DNA from: Rufibacter sp. XAAS-G3-1
Lineage (GTDB): Bacteria; Bacteroidota; Bacteroidia; Cytophagales; Hymenobacteraceae
Reading direction: 5' to 3'
Length of the DNA stretch: 32,000 nucleotides
NCBI RefSeq assembly: GCF_013623775.1
Contig: NZ_JABFAM010000010.1
Location: 157,550 to 189,549, forward strand
Made by a program: the position numbers and the translations under genes. How positions within the stretch are numbered: position 1 is the stretch's first letter; each line of letters opens with the position of its first letter. The notes under the pieces were generated by a model. It had not been told where the DNA came from, searched no databases, and saw only the letters and a list, made by a program, of their open reading frames with translations. Of the stretch, positions 7,987 to 15,378 are shown one piece after another.

Positions 7987-8020
7987 AGACCTTTATCTCT
8001 TTTAATAATGACCTTTATCA
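7987..8020. promoter_or_regulatory. Pair of GACCTTTATC boxes (AGACCTTTATCT / TGACCTTTATCA), 22 bp centre to centre
   Basis: A 10-nt exact direct repeat at 7988-7997 and 8010-8019. The second copy reads TGAC-CTTT-ATCA (TGA-N6-TCA), resembling CRP/FNR/DNR-family half-site geometry. It sits in the divergent nos / qNor-side intergenic region. Confidence 0.4.
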
Positions 8021-8043
8021 TTTTCTCCTGGTGGCTAGTACCA

Positions 8044-8051
8044 GAACTTTG
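8044..8051 (+). promoter_or_regulatory. Candidate -7-like box (gAacTTTG) for the 8072 gene
   Basis: Seven of eight informative positions match TAnnTTTG. It lies 20 nt upstream of the ATG at 8072 and about 42 bp downstream of the centre of the second GACCTTTATC box. Confidence 0.25.
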
Positions 8052-8071
8052 GCGGGAAGAAAGCACTACTC

Positions 8072-8467
8072 ATGGCACACGCCATTTACTACCTACTAAT
8101 AGTCAGCACCTTATCCTTGTCTTTAAGCAAAACAGGGTTCTATGTGCTGTTCAAGGTGAAACAGGAATTTATAGCGGAAAATCTCTGTGAAAAACGCCAT
8201 AATCCTCACGCTCAATGTTATGGAAAATGTTTTTTAAACAAGCAACTTAGAAAGCAAGCCCAGCGGGAAACCCGGTTACCGGTGCAGGAGAAGAAAAGCA
8301 CTCTTGACCTACTGGCCACCGTCACAAAGGTAGAGGTGAAACCGGTTTCTACGGGCGCGCTACCAGCGGTTTATGGCCCCGATTATACTATTGTCGTCTA
8401 CACCATTCCTGCCTTTGCCATCTTCCATCCGCCCCGCCTTTCTGACTTGATCCTTACCATTACCTAA
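8072..8467 (+). CDS. Small membrane-anchored protein with a C-X10-C-X3-C motif, function unknown
   Basis: 131 aa with an N-terminal hydrophobic segment, then ENLCEKRHNPHAQCYGKCFLNKQLRK. I recall similar CxxK..P...CxGKCxLxKQL motifs in uncharacterised Bacteroidetes proteins but cannot name a family. Confidence 0.5.
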   Translation: MAHAIYYLLIVSTLSLSLSKTGFYVLFKVKQEFIAENLCEKRHNPHAQCYGKCFLNKQLRKQAQRETRLPVQEKKSTLDLLATVTKVEVKPVSTGALPAVYGPDYTIVVYTIPAFAIFHPPRLSDLILTIT

Positions 8468-8472
8468 GGCTT

Positions 8473-8506
8473 GCAGGTCTGCCTGCCCTATGGCAAACAG
8501 ACCTGC
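8473..8506 (+). other. GC-rich hairpin after the 8072 gene (no T-run)
   Basis: gcaggtctg (8473-8481) pairs perfectly with cagacctgc (8498-8506) around a 16-nt loop. It could be a processing or partial termination site. Confidence 0.3.
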
Positions 8507-8648
8507 CCTTCCTACCTGCAACCTGCGCGGCCTTGGGTGCAAACCTCAGCAGGAGCATGTGGCTGACACCCTTCTGCCTTTCAAGTTCAGCAGAGAGCCG
8601 CTTCCAGTTTCAGGTACCCTTACAATTCACAGCAATAACATCTGAGTT

Positions 8649-9572
8649 ATGAAAAAGTTTTTAGTACTCACCCTATTTCTTTTCCTGCTAAGCTTCAGTG
8701 GCCATGCCTGTGACGGCGGCTGCACCATGGGCGGCAGCTATCTGGGCATTCTGCCCCAGTTCCATAAAAACTTTGCCGGGGTGCGCTACACCACCCGCAG
8801 CTATACCATACACACCACCCACACCCACCTGCACGAGGGCATGCCCATGACCCATGATGATGTCATGGACGAGGTGTATACCACCGCCGAAGCCTGGGGA
8901 AGATTTGTTCCGTTTAAGAAGGTTCAGGTGCTGGCCTTTGTACCGTATGCCTTCAATGAGGAGCGCACCGCCCGTGGCACCACCAGGTATGCGGGCCTGG
9001 GAGATATAACCCTTTTAGTGAACTACGCCTTATTTAACACCGGTGACAGCACCAAGAACTTGTTTAAGCACTCGCTCCAACTGGGAGGCGGCGTGAAACT
9101 GCCCACCGGCACCCACTCTTTACACCGCAGCGAAGAAGCCTACACGGCCAGCCTGCAGCCCGGTAGCGGCAGTACCGATTACCTACTGAACGGAATCTAC
9201 ACCTTACGCTACGGTAAAATGGGTCTTAGCAATGATTTCACCTACCGCATCAACTCCCAAAACAGCGACGGCTACAAGTTCGGGAACCGGCTGAGCGGCT
9301 CCGGCAATCTCTTTTACTGGTACAATCTTGAAAACGTGCTCACCCTGCTGCCCAGCGCAGGCCTCTACTATGAGCACGCCCAAGCCGATGAGTATGCCCG
9401 CAACCATGACGCCCAAGCCGGAGACGCCTTCTTTGCCAACCTGGGGCTGAACGTGTACGTGAAGAAAGTTGTCCTGGGGGCAACCCTGCAACTGCCTTTG
9501 AGCCACGCCCAGGGCCACCATGCCAGCAAGGCAAACAAGCGTACCATGGCGAACCTCAGCTATCTTTTCTAG
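8649..9572 (+). CDS. Putative outer-membrane beta-barrel (transporter / Phenol_MetA_deg-like) with an N-terminal CDGGC motif
   Basis: 307 aa with a signal peptide ending GHA, then CDGGCTMGG. It shows an alternating beta-strand pattern, a GLGD motif (YAGLGDITLL) and a C-terminal aromatic residue (SYLF). Family assignment is from memory. Confidence 0.5.
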   Translation: MKKFLVLTLFLFLLSFSGHACDGGCTMGGSYLGILPQFHKNFAGVRYTTRSYTIHTTHTHLHEGMPMTHDDVMDEVYTTAEAWGRFVPFKKVQVLAFVPYAFNEERTARGTTRYAGLGDITLLVNYALFNTGDSTKNLFKHSLQLGGGVKLPTGTHSLHRSEEAYTASLQPGSGSTDYLLNGIYTLRYGKMGLSNDFTYRINSQNSDGYKFGNRLSGSGNLFYWYNLENVLTLLPSAGLYYEHAQADEYARNHDAQAGDAFFANLGLNVYVKKVVLGATLQLPLSHAQGHHASKANKRTMANLSYLF

Positions 9573-9657
9573 AATAAACCTGTGCCCGTGCCGCTGAGCA
9601 GAGGCACCTCTCCTTTTTGCAACATCTAGTACTTATCACACCTATAATCCCTTTCCT

Positions 9658-11964
9658 ATGAAATACAAAAAACTCTGGCTAGGCTTTATTGCCGTTATGG
9701 TGGGGTCCTTTGCCGTACTGGGTTATTATGGCTCAGAGATTTACCGCCAGGCCCCGCCCATTCCTGACCAAGTGGTCACCTCCTCGGGCCAAACCGTCTT
9801 CACCGCCCAGGACATCAAAGACGGGCAAAATGTCTGGCAGTCTACCGGGGGGCAGGAGCTGGGTTCCATTTGGGGCCACGGGGCTTACGTAGCCCCAGAC
9901 TGGTCTGCCGACTGGCTGCACAAAGAGGCCATGTTCTTTTTGGACACGTGGGCGCAGCAGGCCAAAGGAACCAAGTATGATGCCCTGGACGAAGAAACCA
10001 AGGCCATGCTACAGGCCCGCCTGCAAAAGCAAATCAGAGCCAACACCTATGACCCCGCCACCGCCACGCTCACTATCTCAGACCTCAGGGCGCAGGCCAT
10101 TGCCGAGGTAAGCAGGCATTATACCGGGCTTTTCATGAACGACCCCGCGCTGGCTGCATACCGTGACGCCTACGCCATGAAAAACTTCACCGTGGAAGAC
10201 CCCGAGCGCATGCGCAAGCTCAACGCGTTCTTTTTCTGGGCCTCCTGGGCGTGCGTGACCGAGCGGCCCGGCCAGGACATCACCTACACCAACAACTGGC
10301 CTGCCGAGGAACTGGTAGGCAACCGCCCCAGCGGCGATCTGCTTATCTGGACGGGGTTTAGCGTGATCGTGCTCATTGCCGGGATTGGCCTGCTGGCCTA
10401 TTACTACGCCTCGCACAAAGAAGAGGAACTGGATCCCAGCCACCTCCCCAAAGAAGACCCGCTGCTGGGCTTGCAGGCCACCCCGTCTATGCGGGCCACG
10501 CTCAAGTATTTCTGGGTTGTGACGGCGCTCATTGTGGTGCAGATTACCCTAGGGGTGGTCACCGCCCACTACGGCGTGGAAGGCCAGGCCCTCTACGGAT
10601 TCCCGCTCGCGGATTCTCTGCCGTACTCCGTTACCCGCACCTGGCACGTGCAGTTGGGCATCTTCTGGATCGCCACCTCGTGGCTGGCCACCGGTCTGTA
10701 TATTGCCCCGGCGGTGTCTGGGTATGAGCCTAAATTCCAGCGGCTGGGCGTGAATTTCCTGTTCATCTGTCTGCTCATTATTGTGGCGGGTTCGCTGGCC
10801 GGGCAATGGTACGGCGTTATGCAGAAACTGGGCTACGGCGAGAACTTCTGGTTTGGGCACCAAGGCTATGAGTACGTAGACATGGGCCGTTTCTGGCAGA
10901 TTTTCCTGCTGGTGGGTCTGTTCCTGTGGCTGTTTTTGATGGTAAGGGCCATCTGGCCGGCGTTCCGGCAGCAAGCCGAAGGACGCCACCTGCTGGGCAT
11001 GTTCCTGATTTCATCTGCCGCCATTGCCTTGTTCTGGGCCGCCGGTCTCATGTGGGGCCAGCACACCAACCTGGCCATTGCCGAGTACTGGCGCTGGTGG
11101 GTGGTGCACCTTTGGGTAGAGGGCTTCTTTGAAGTGTTCGCTACCGTGGTCATTGCCTTCCTGTTCGTGCGCATGGGGCTGCTGCAAACCAAGGTGGCCA
11201 CCGCCACGGTGCTGTTCTCTACCATTATCTTCCTGTTCGGGGGCATTATTGGGACGTTCCACCACCTGTACTTCAGCGGCACGCCCACATCTGTCATGGC
11301 GCTGGGGGCCACCTTTAGCGCGCTGGAAGTGGTGCCGTTGGTGCTTATTGGCAATGAGGCGTACCATAACCTTACCATCAGTAGGCTCACCAAATGGATT
11401 AGGGCGTACAAGTGGCCCATCTACTGTTTCATTGCCGTCGCGTTCTGGAATTTGGTGGGGGCCGGTATCTTCGGATTCGTGATCAACCCGCCCATTGCGC
11501 TGTACTACATGCAGGGGCTAAACACCACGCCCGTGCACGCGCATACGGCCTTGTTTGGGGTGTACGGCGTGCTGGGAATTGGCCTGATGCTGTTCGTCCT
11601 GAAAGGCCTGTCTGGCCGAAGACGCTGGAAAGACGGGGTAATCCGGTTTGCGTTCTGGTCTATCAACATTGGGTTGGCCCTCATGGTCTTGATTAGCGTG
11701 CTGCCCATTGGCCTCCTGCAAACCTGGGCCAGCGTGAAATACGGCCTCTGGTTCGCCCGCTCCATGGAGTTCATGCAAACCGACACCATGGAAACGCTGC
11801 GGTGGCTGCGCGTGATCGGCGACACCATCTTCGCCATTGGCGCGGCGGCGCTGGCGTGGTTTATCATCGGCCTCAAAACCGGCCACTCGCTGCGCGATGA
11901 CCTTGACGTTACCTCAGATTTCAACGTGCCAGACAATGCCTCGCTCCGCGAAAAACTGAAATAA
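9658..11964 (+). CDS. norZ: Quinol-dependent nitric-oxide reductase (qNor, NorZ-type large subunit)
   Basis: 768 aa. It has an N-terminal extension of about 230 aa with one TM helix, fused to a 12+ helix heme-copper oxidase core. Conserved motifs: WWVVHLWVEGF, GTFHHLYFSG and HAHTALFGVYG. Confidence 0.93.
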   Translation: MKYKKLWLGFIAVMVGSFAVLGYYGSEIYRQAPPIPDQVVTSSGQTVFTAQDIKDGQNVWQSTGGQELGSIWGHGAYVAPDWSADWLHKEAMFFLDTWAQQAKGTKYDALDEETKAMLQARLQKQIRANTYDPATATLTISDLRAQAIAEVSRHYTGLFMNDPALAAYRDAYAMKNFTVEDPERMRKLNAFFFWASWACVTERPGQDITYTNNWPAEELVGNRPSGDLLIWTGFSVIVLIAGIGLLAYYYASHKEEELDPSHLPKEDPLLGLQATPSMRATLKYFWVVTALIVVQITLGVVTAHYGVEGQALYGFPLADSLPYSVTRTWHVQLGIFWIATSWLATGLYIAPAVSGYEPKFQRLGVNFLFICLLIIVAGSLAGQWYGVMQKLGYGENFWFGHQGYEYVDMGRFWQIFLLVGLFLWLFLMVRAIWPAFRQQAEGRHLLGMFLISSAAIALFWAAGLMWGQHTNLAIAEYWRWWVVHLWVEGFFEVFATVVIAFLFVRMGLLQTKVATATVLFSTIIFLFGGIIGTFHHLYFSGTPTSVMALGATFSALEVVPLVLIGNEAYHNLTISRLTKWIRAYKWPIYCFIAVAFWNLVGAGIFGFVINPPIALYYMQGLNTTPVHAHTALFGVYGVLGIGLMLFVLKGLSGRRRWKDGVIRFAFWSINIGLALMVLISVLPIGLLQTWASVKYGLWFARSMEFMQTDTMETLRWLRVIGDTIFAIGAAALAWFIIGLKTGHSLRDDLDVTSDFNVPDNASLREKLK

Positions 11965-11983
11965 TTGATTTGTAATTACCTGT

Positions 11984-12179
11984 AGGAAAAGAGGTCTGTT
12001 TTAGAGCTTGTTTAAATTTCATCTTTGCGCTGCAAAAGCCCATAGCAAGAACCTGCGTTCACCTTTTTCTCGCACCGTAGCGCTGCTACGCTGCTCAAAA
12101 AACGCTTCCGCAGAACCTTTCTCTGGCCATTTTCGCCGGCAAACCTGAAATTTAAACAAGCTCTTAGGGCTCTTTTCCT
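11984..12179. mobile_element. Second nested-hairpin MITE-like element (about 196 bp) just after qNor
   Basis: Perfect 18-bp inverted repeat: agagcttgtttaaatttc (12003-12020) / gaaatttaaacaagctct (12147-12164). It is extended by aggaaaagag (11984-11993) / ctcttttcct (12170-12179). The interior shares gcaaaagc...agcaagaaYctgYgt with the 2772-2890 element. It abuts a half copy of the dispersed palindrome (12180-12198). Confidence 0.5.
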
Positions 12180-12397
12180 GAAAACAGGCCTAAAACGGCT
12201 AACCTTCCCTCGGCCAAAGCCGGAGAGATCGCCCTCCTGATTGCTTAAGGCGGGGGGATGCCCAACCGCAAGGCCTGGGTGCGGCACCAGATGGAACCGT
12301 TGCGGCGGCTAAGCAACTCCTGCCCCTCTGTAATGAAGTAGAAGCAGTCAGTACCCAGGCATTACCGTCTGCAACCAATAGCTCAACCCTGTTTCTG

Positions 12398-12436
12398 CTG
12401 TTTTAAGCTTTGTTTTCTGAAAACAGCCGGGAAACG
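12398..12436. repeat. Dispersed palindromic repeat, degenerate full copy
   Basis: ctgttttaagctttgtttt-ctg-aaaacagccgggaaacg. Confidence 0.6.
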
Positions 12437-12441
12437 TCTTT

Positions 12442-12477
12442 GCCAAAGCCTCTCCTATGGTTAGGAGGGGCTTTGGC
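12442..12477 (+). other. Strong hairpin (14-bp stem) in the non-coding region
   Basis: gccaaagcctctcc / ggaggggctttggc with one G-U pair and an 8-nt loop, followed by gttt. Confidence 0.5.
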
Positions 12478-12635
12478 GTTTCGGGTAATACAACCGTTAT
12501 GCTGCTCTAAAGGAGCTTCTCAAAACTTTTTCACCCTGGGCATGTAAGGGAACACAATTCGCTCTATGGTAGAAAAACTTAACATCTGATGTTCCACCAT
12601 CCGGCCGGAAGTTCCCGTCTCGCGCCAGTCGGAAG

Positions 12636-12683
12636 CGCTTACACCTGTGAGGTCTTGGAGACCTCACAGGTGTAAGCGTTTTT
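12636..12683 (+). terminator. Orphan rho-independent terminator (20-bp perfect stem plus T5)
   Basis: cgcttacacctgtgaggtct-tgg-agacctcacaggtgtaagcg followed by TTTTT (12679-12683). There is no credible ORF upstream of it on the plus strand back to qNor. Confidence 0.65.
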
Positions 12684-12694
12684 GATCCGTTTTC

Positions 12695-12716
12695 CGAAAA
12701 ACAGCCCTAAAACAGG
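12695..12716. repeat. Dispersed palindromic repeat, half copy
   Basis: cgaaaaacagccctaaaacagg. It lies in the spurious TTG-initiated 5' extension of ORF 12682..13818. Confidence 0.55.
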
Positions 12717-12777
12717 AGCAACAAGGTCAAGAGGGAAGTTTTTCGTTTCTTTGAAGGCCGTTCATCCAAAGCCCCCC

Positions 12778-13818
12778 ATGCAGCCCACCTCCCGATTGGA
12801 GTTCTTAGATTTTCTACGCTTTATAGCGGCCTTTGCCGTGATGCTCCAGCATACGCTGGAAAGTACCTCTGAGGCTTTCGCGCAGTTCAGCACGCAGTAT
12901 TTTCAGTGTGGGGTGTTTGGCGTCACGCTCTTTTTCCTGACGAGTGGTTTTATTATTCCGGTTTCCTTAGAAAAGGCTCCTTCCCTCAAGGCTTTCTGGC
13001 TGAAACGGGTGTTCCGGCTGCTTCCGTTATATCTCACCAGTCTGTTGGCGACGCTGGCGCTGGTTTCTCTGGGGTGGATGGAAGGAACCCTGCCGTCACT
13101 GACCAGTCTGGTGGCGAACGGGCTGATGTTAGCCAAGTTTCTGGGGCAGCCGCTGGTGCTAGGGCTCTACTGGACGCTTAACCTGGAGATGGTTTTCTAC
13201 CTGCTGGTTTCGGGCTTATTTCTTTTAAAATGGCTGAAGAGAAGTACGCTGCTGGCTTTTTTAGCGCTGGCCTCGGCTTTCCTGGTGGGGGTGGTTGGCA
13301 CCCAGGTGCTGCACTTGTTTGAGAGCGGCTGGGGTCTGTGTTTTCAGTTGGCTTCCATGTTTGTAGGCACCATCTACTTCCGGTACATGGCCGGCCAAGT
13401 CTCCGGCAAAACGTGGACTGCGGTGTTTTTGACGGCTTTATTGGTCTTGGTTTGTATCACGTATTTCAATCTGCACCACCAAAGTACCCCCCATGGACTG
13501 GGCACCAGAAGTTTCTGGCCCGTGACCAATGCGTATTTAGGGGCTTACGTTCTGTTTACTTTCTGTTTTTTCTTGCGGCACCGCTCCTATCCTAAGCCGT
13601 TGGTGTATTTGGGGCTCATCAGCTACTCGCTGTATTTGGTGCAGGCCACCGTGCTGGCCTTGCTTCTTCCGCAAGTCGAGCATCCGTTTTTGGCCTGTTT
13701 TTTAGGAATCAGCATTACGGTTGCCGTTTCGTGCGTTACGTACCGATTTATAGAGAAGCCGTCGGTGCAGTTTGGGCGTTCCTTGCTGCGGAAACCTTCG
13801 GTCACCTTGCCTTCTTAA
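12778..13818 (+). CDS. Acyltransferase family 3 membrane protein
   Basis: From the ATG at 12778 the protein starts MQPTSRLEFLDFLRFIAAFAVMLQH, the typical acyltransferase-3 N-terminus, followed by about 10 hydrophobic helices. The track start (12682, TTG) runs through a terminator and a repeat, so the internal ATG is preferred. Confidence 0.85.
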   Translation: MQPTSRLEFLDFLRFIAAFAVMLQHTLESTSEAFAQFSTQYFQCGVFGVTLFFLTSGFIIPVSLEKAPSLKAFWLKRVFRLLPLYLTSLLATLALVSLGWMEGTLPSLTSLVANGLMLAKFLGQPLVLGLYWTLNLEMVFYLLVSGLFLLKWLKRSTLLAFLALASAFLVGVVGTQVLHLFESGWGLCFQLASMFVGTIYFRYMAGQVSGKTWTAVFLTALLVLVCITYFNLHHQSTPHGLGTRSFWPVTNAYLGAYVLFTFCFFLRHRSYPKPLVYLGLISYSLYLVQATVLALLLPQVEHPFLACFLGISITVAVSCVTYRFIEKPSVQFGRSLLRKPSVTLPS

Positions 13819-13906
13819 GACCTTCTTGGCTCAAGTAAACTATAGGGTTTTAAAGGTGCTTTTGCCAAAACGGGTTGCCCTTATTATCCCGTTCAAGTAT
13901 AATGCC

Positions 13907-13914
13907 TATTTTTG
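13907..13914 (+). promoter_or_regulatory. Candidate -7 box TAttTTTG upstream of ybaB
   Basis: Exact match to TAnnTTTG, 86 nt upstream of the ATG at 14001. No well-spaced -33 element was seen. Confidence 0.25.
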
Positions 13915-14000
13915 GCTTCGGATTACGGGTTATGCCGCAGAGTATCTTCTGTCGTTATTTATCCGTTTACCCTCTGTAGAACTTAAAAAAGAAGAAAACT

Positions 14001-14336
14001 ATGTTTGACATGTTAGGGATGATGAACAAGGTGAAGGAGATGCAGGCCAAAATGAAAGAGGCTCAGGATAACCTTCGGCACATACAGGTTTCGGCCGAGG
14101 CGGGCGGCGGCATGGTGAAAGCCACGGCCAGCGGCGACCGCCGGTTGCTCAAGGTAGAGTTTGACGAGACGCTCATGAACCCCGAGGACAAGGAAATGCT
14201 GGCCGACTTGGTGGTGGCCGCCGTGAACAAGGCCATGGACGAAGCCGGGGAGCGCGGCAAAGAAGAAATCAAGAAACAAACCGAAGGCATGCTGCCCAAC
14301 ATTCCGGGCTTAGATCTGAGCAACTTTGGTTTATAA
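14001..14336 (+). CDS. ybaB: YbaB/EbfC family nucleoid-associated DNA-binding protein
   Basis: 111 aa. The sequence MMNKVKEMQAKMKEAQ...VSAEAGGGMVKATASGDRRLLKVEFDETLMNPEDKEMLADLVVAAVNKA matches the YbaB fold pattern. Confidence 0.9.
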   Translation: MFDMLGMMNKVKEMQAKMKEAQDNLRHIQVSAEAGGGMVKATASGDRRLLKVEFDETLMNPEDKEMLADLVVAAVNKAMDEAGERGKEEIKKQTEGMLPNIPGLDLSNFGL

Positions 14337-15378
14337 TTCCTATTCAGTGGCGGTGGTGATTCTTAACTGGAATGGCCGCCGCTGGTTAGAGCAGTTTTTG
14401 CCCTCGGTTCTCCAAAACAGCCCCGAAACGGAAGTAATAGTGGCCGACAATGCCTCTACCGATGACTCCGTTGCTTTTCTGCGGCAACACTATCCGCAGG
14501 TGCGGCTCATCCAACTGGAGGAGAACCTGGGGTTTTGCGAAGGCTACAACCAGGCGCTCCGGCAGGTAGACGCTACGTATTACGTGCTCCTCAACTCAGA
14601 CGTGGAAGTCACGCTTAACTGGCTGGTGCCCATGGCAGATTTGCTGGAAAAGAACCCGCAGATTGCCGCCTGTCAGCCCAAAATCAAATCCTTTCACCAA
14701 CGCAGCCATTTTGAGTACGCCGGGGCCGCCGGCGGATTTCTGGACGCCTACGGCTATCCTTTCTGCCGGGGCCGCTTGTTTGACACCCTGGAAGAAGACC
14801 AAGGCCAGTATGATGACGTACGTCCGGTTTTCTGGGCCACGGGTGCCTGCCTCTTCATCAGAGCCAAGGCGTATTGGGAGGCGGGCGGACTGGAGCCGAA
14901 GTTTTTCGCGCACATGGAAGAGATAGACCTGTGCTGGCGGTTGCAGAACCTGGGGTACCAGATTTATTACCAGGGCTTCAGCACCGTCTACCACGTGGGC
15001 GGCGGCACGCTACCCAAGGCAAACCCCAGAAAAACGTTTCTTAACTTCAGGAACGGCGCCGCCCTATTGTATAAAAACCTGGCCGACGAAGAAGTTACCA
15101 GAATCCTGTACACCAGATTGGTATTAGACGGCGTGGCTGCGGCCCAGTTTTTCCTGAAAGGCGAATGGCGAGAGGTACAGGCCATCTACCAAGCGCACCG
15201 CGCCTTTTTTGCCGATAAAAGCTTCTGGAAAGAAAAACGCAAAGAGACGGAAAGCAAAAAGAAAACGGCGGAGCTGACCGGTTGGAGTCCGCAGAGCGTG
15301 GTATGGCAGTATTTTGTGAAAGGGAAAAAGAAATTCAGCGCCTTAGATGTCCCAGACGGTGCTGCGCTCCCGGCGTAA
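14326..15378 (+). CDS. Glycosyltransferase family 2
   Basis: It has VAVVILNWNG, VADNASTDDS and LLNSDVEV (DxD-like) motifs. The start is uncertain: TTG at 14326 overlaps ybaB by 11 nt, and GTG at 14347 is the alternative. Confidence 0.85.
   Translation: MVYNSYSVAVVILNWNGRRWLEQFLPSVLQNSPETEVIVADNASTDDSVAFLRQHYPQVRLIQLEENLGFCEGYNQALRQVDATYYVLLNSDVEVTLNWLVPMADLLEKNPQIAACQPKIKSFHQRSHFEYAGAAGGFLDAYGYPFCRGRLFDTLEEDQGQYDDVRPVFWATGACLFIRAKAYWEAGGLEPKFFAHMEEIDLCWRLQNLGYQIYYQGFSTVYHVGGGTLPKANPRKTFLNFRNGAALLYKNLADEEVTRILYTRLVLDGVAAAQFFLKGEWREVQAIYQAHRAFFADKSFWKEKRKETESKKKTAELTGWSPQSVVWQYFVKGKKKFSALDVPDGAALPA

Noticed and set aside
11994-12012. GTTTTAGAGCTTG resembles the start of type II-A CRISPR repeats, and the many GTTTTAGGCC strings raised the question of a CRISPR array.
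   Set aside because: There is no regularly spaced repeat-spacer organisation and there are no cas genes. The copies are single palindromes scattered across intergenic regions, which is REP-like rather than CRISPR.
12012-12287. 91-aa minus-strand ORF after qNor.
   Set aside because: It is composed almost entirely of the MITE-like element and a palindromic repeat copy. The product is Arg/Gly/Leu-rich and unprotein-like.
12682-12777. Long N-terminal extensions given by the ORF track. These cover 12682 (TTG), 22789, 26864, 20365, 15670 (TTG) and 17606 (TTG).
   Set aside because: The extensions run through terminators, repeats or the preceding gene and carry no conserved sequence. Internal ATGs at 12778, 23014, 26930, 20332, 15688 and 17621 start exactly at the conserved N-termini.
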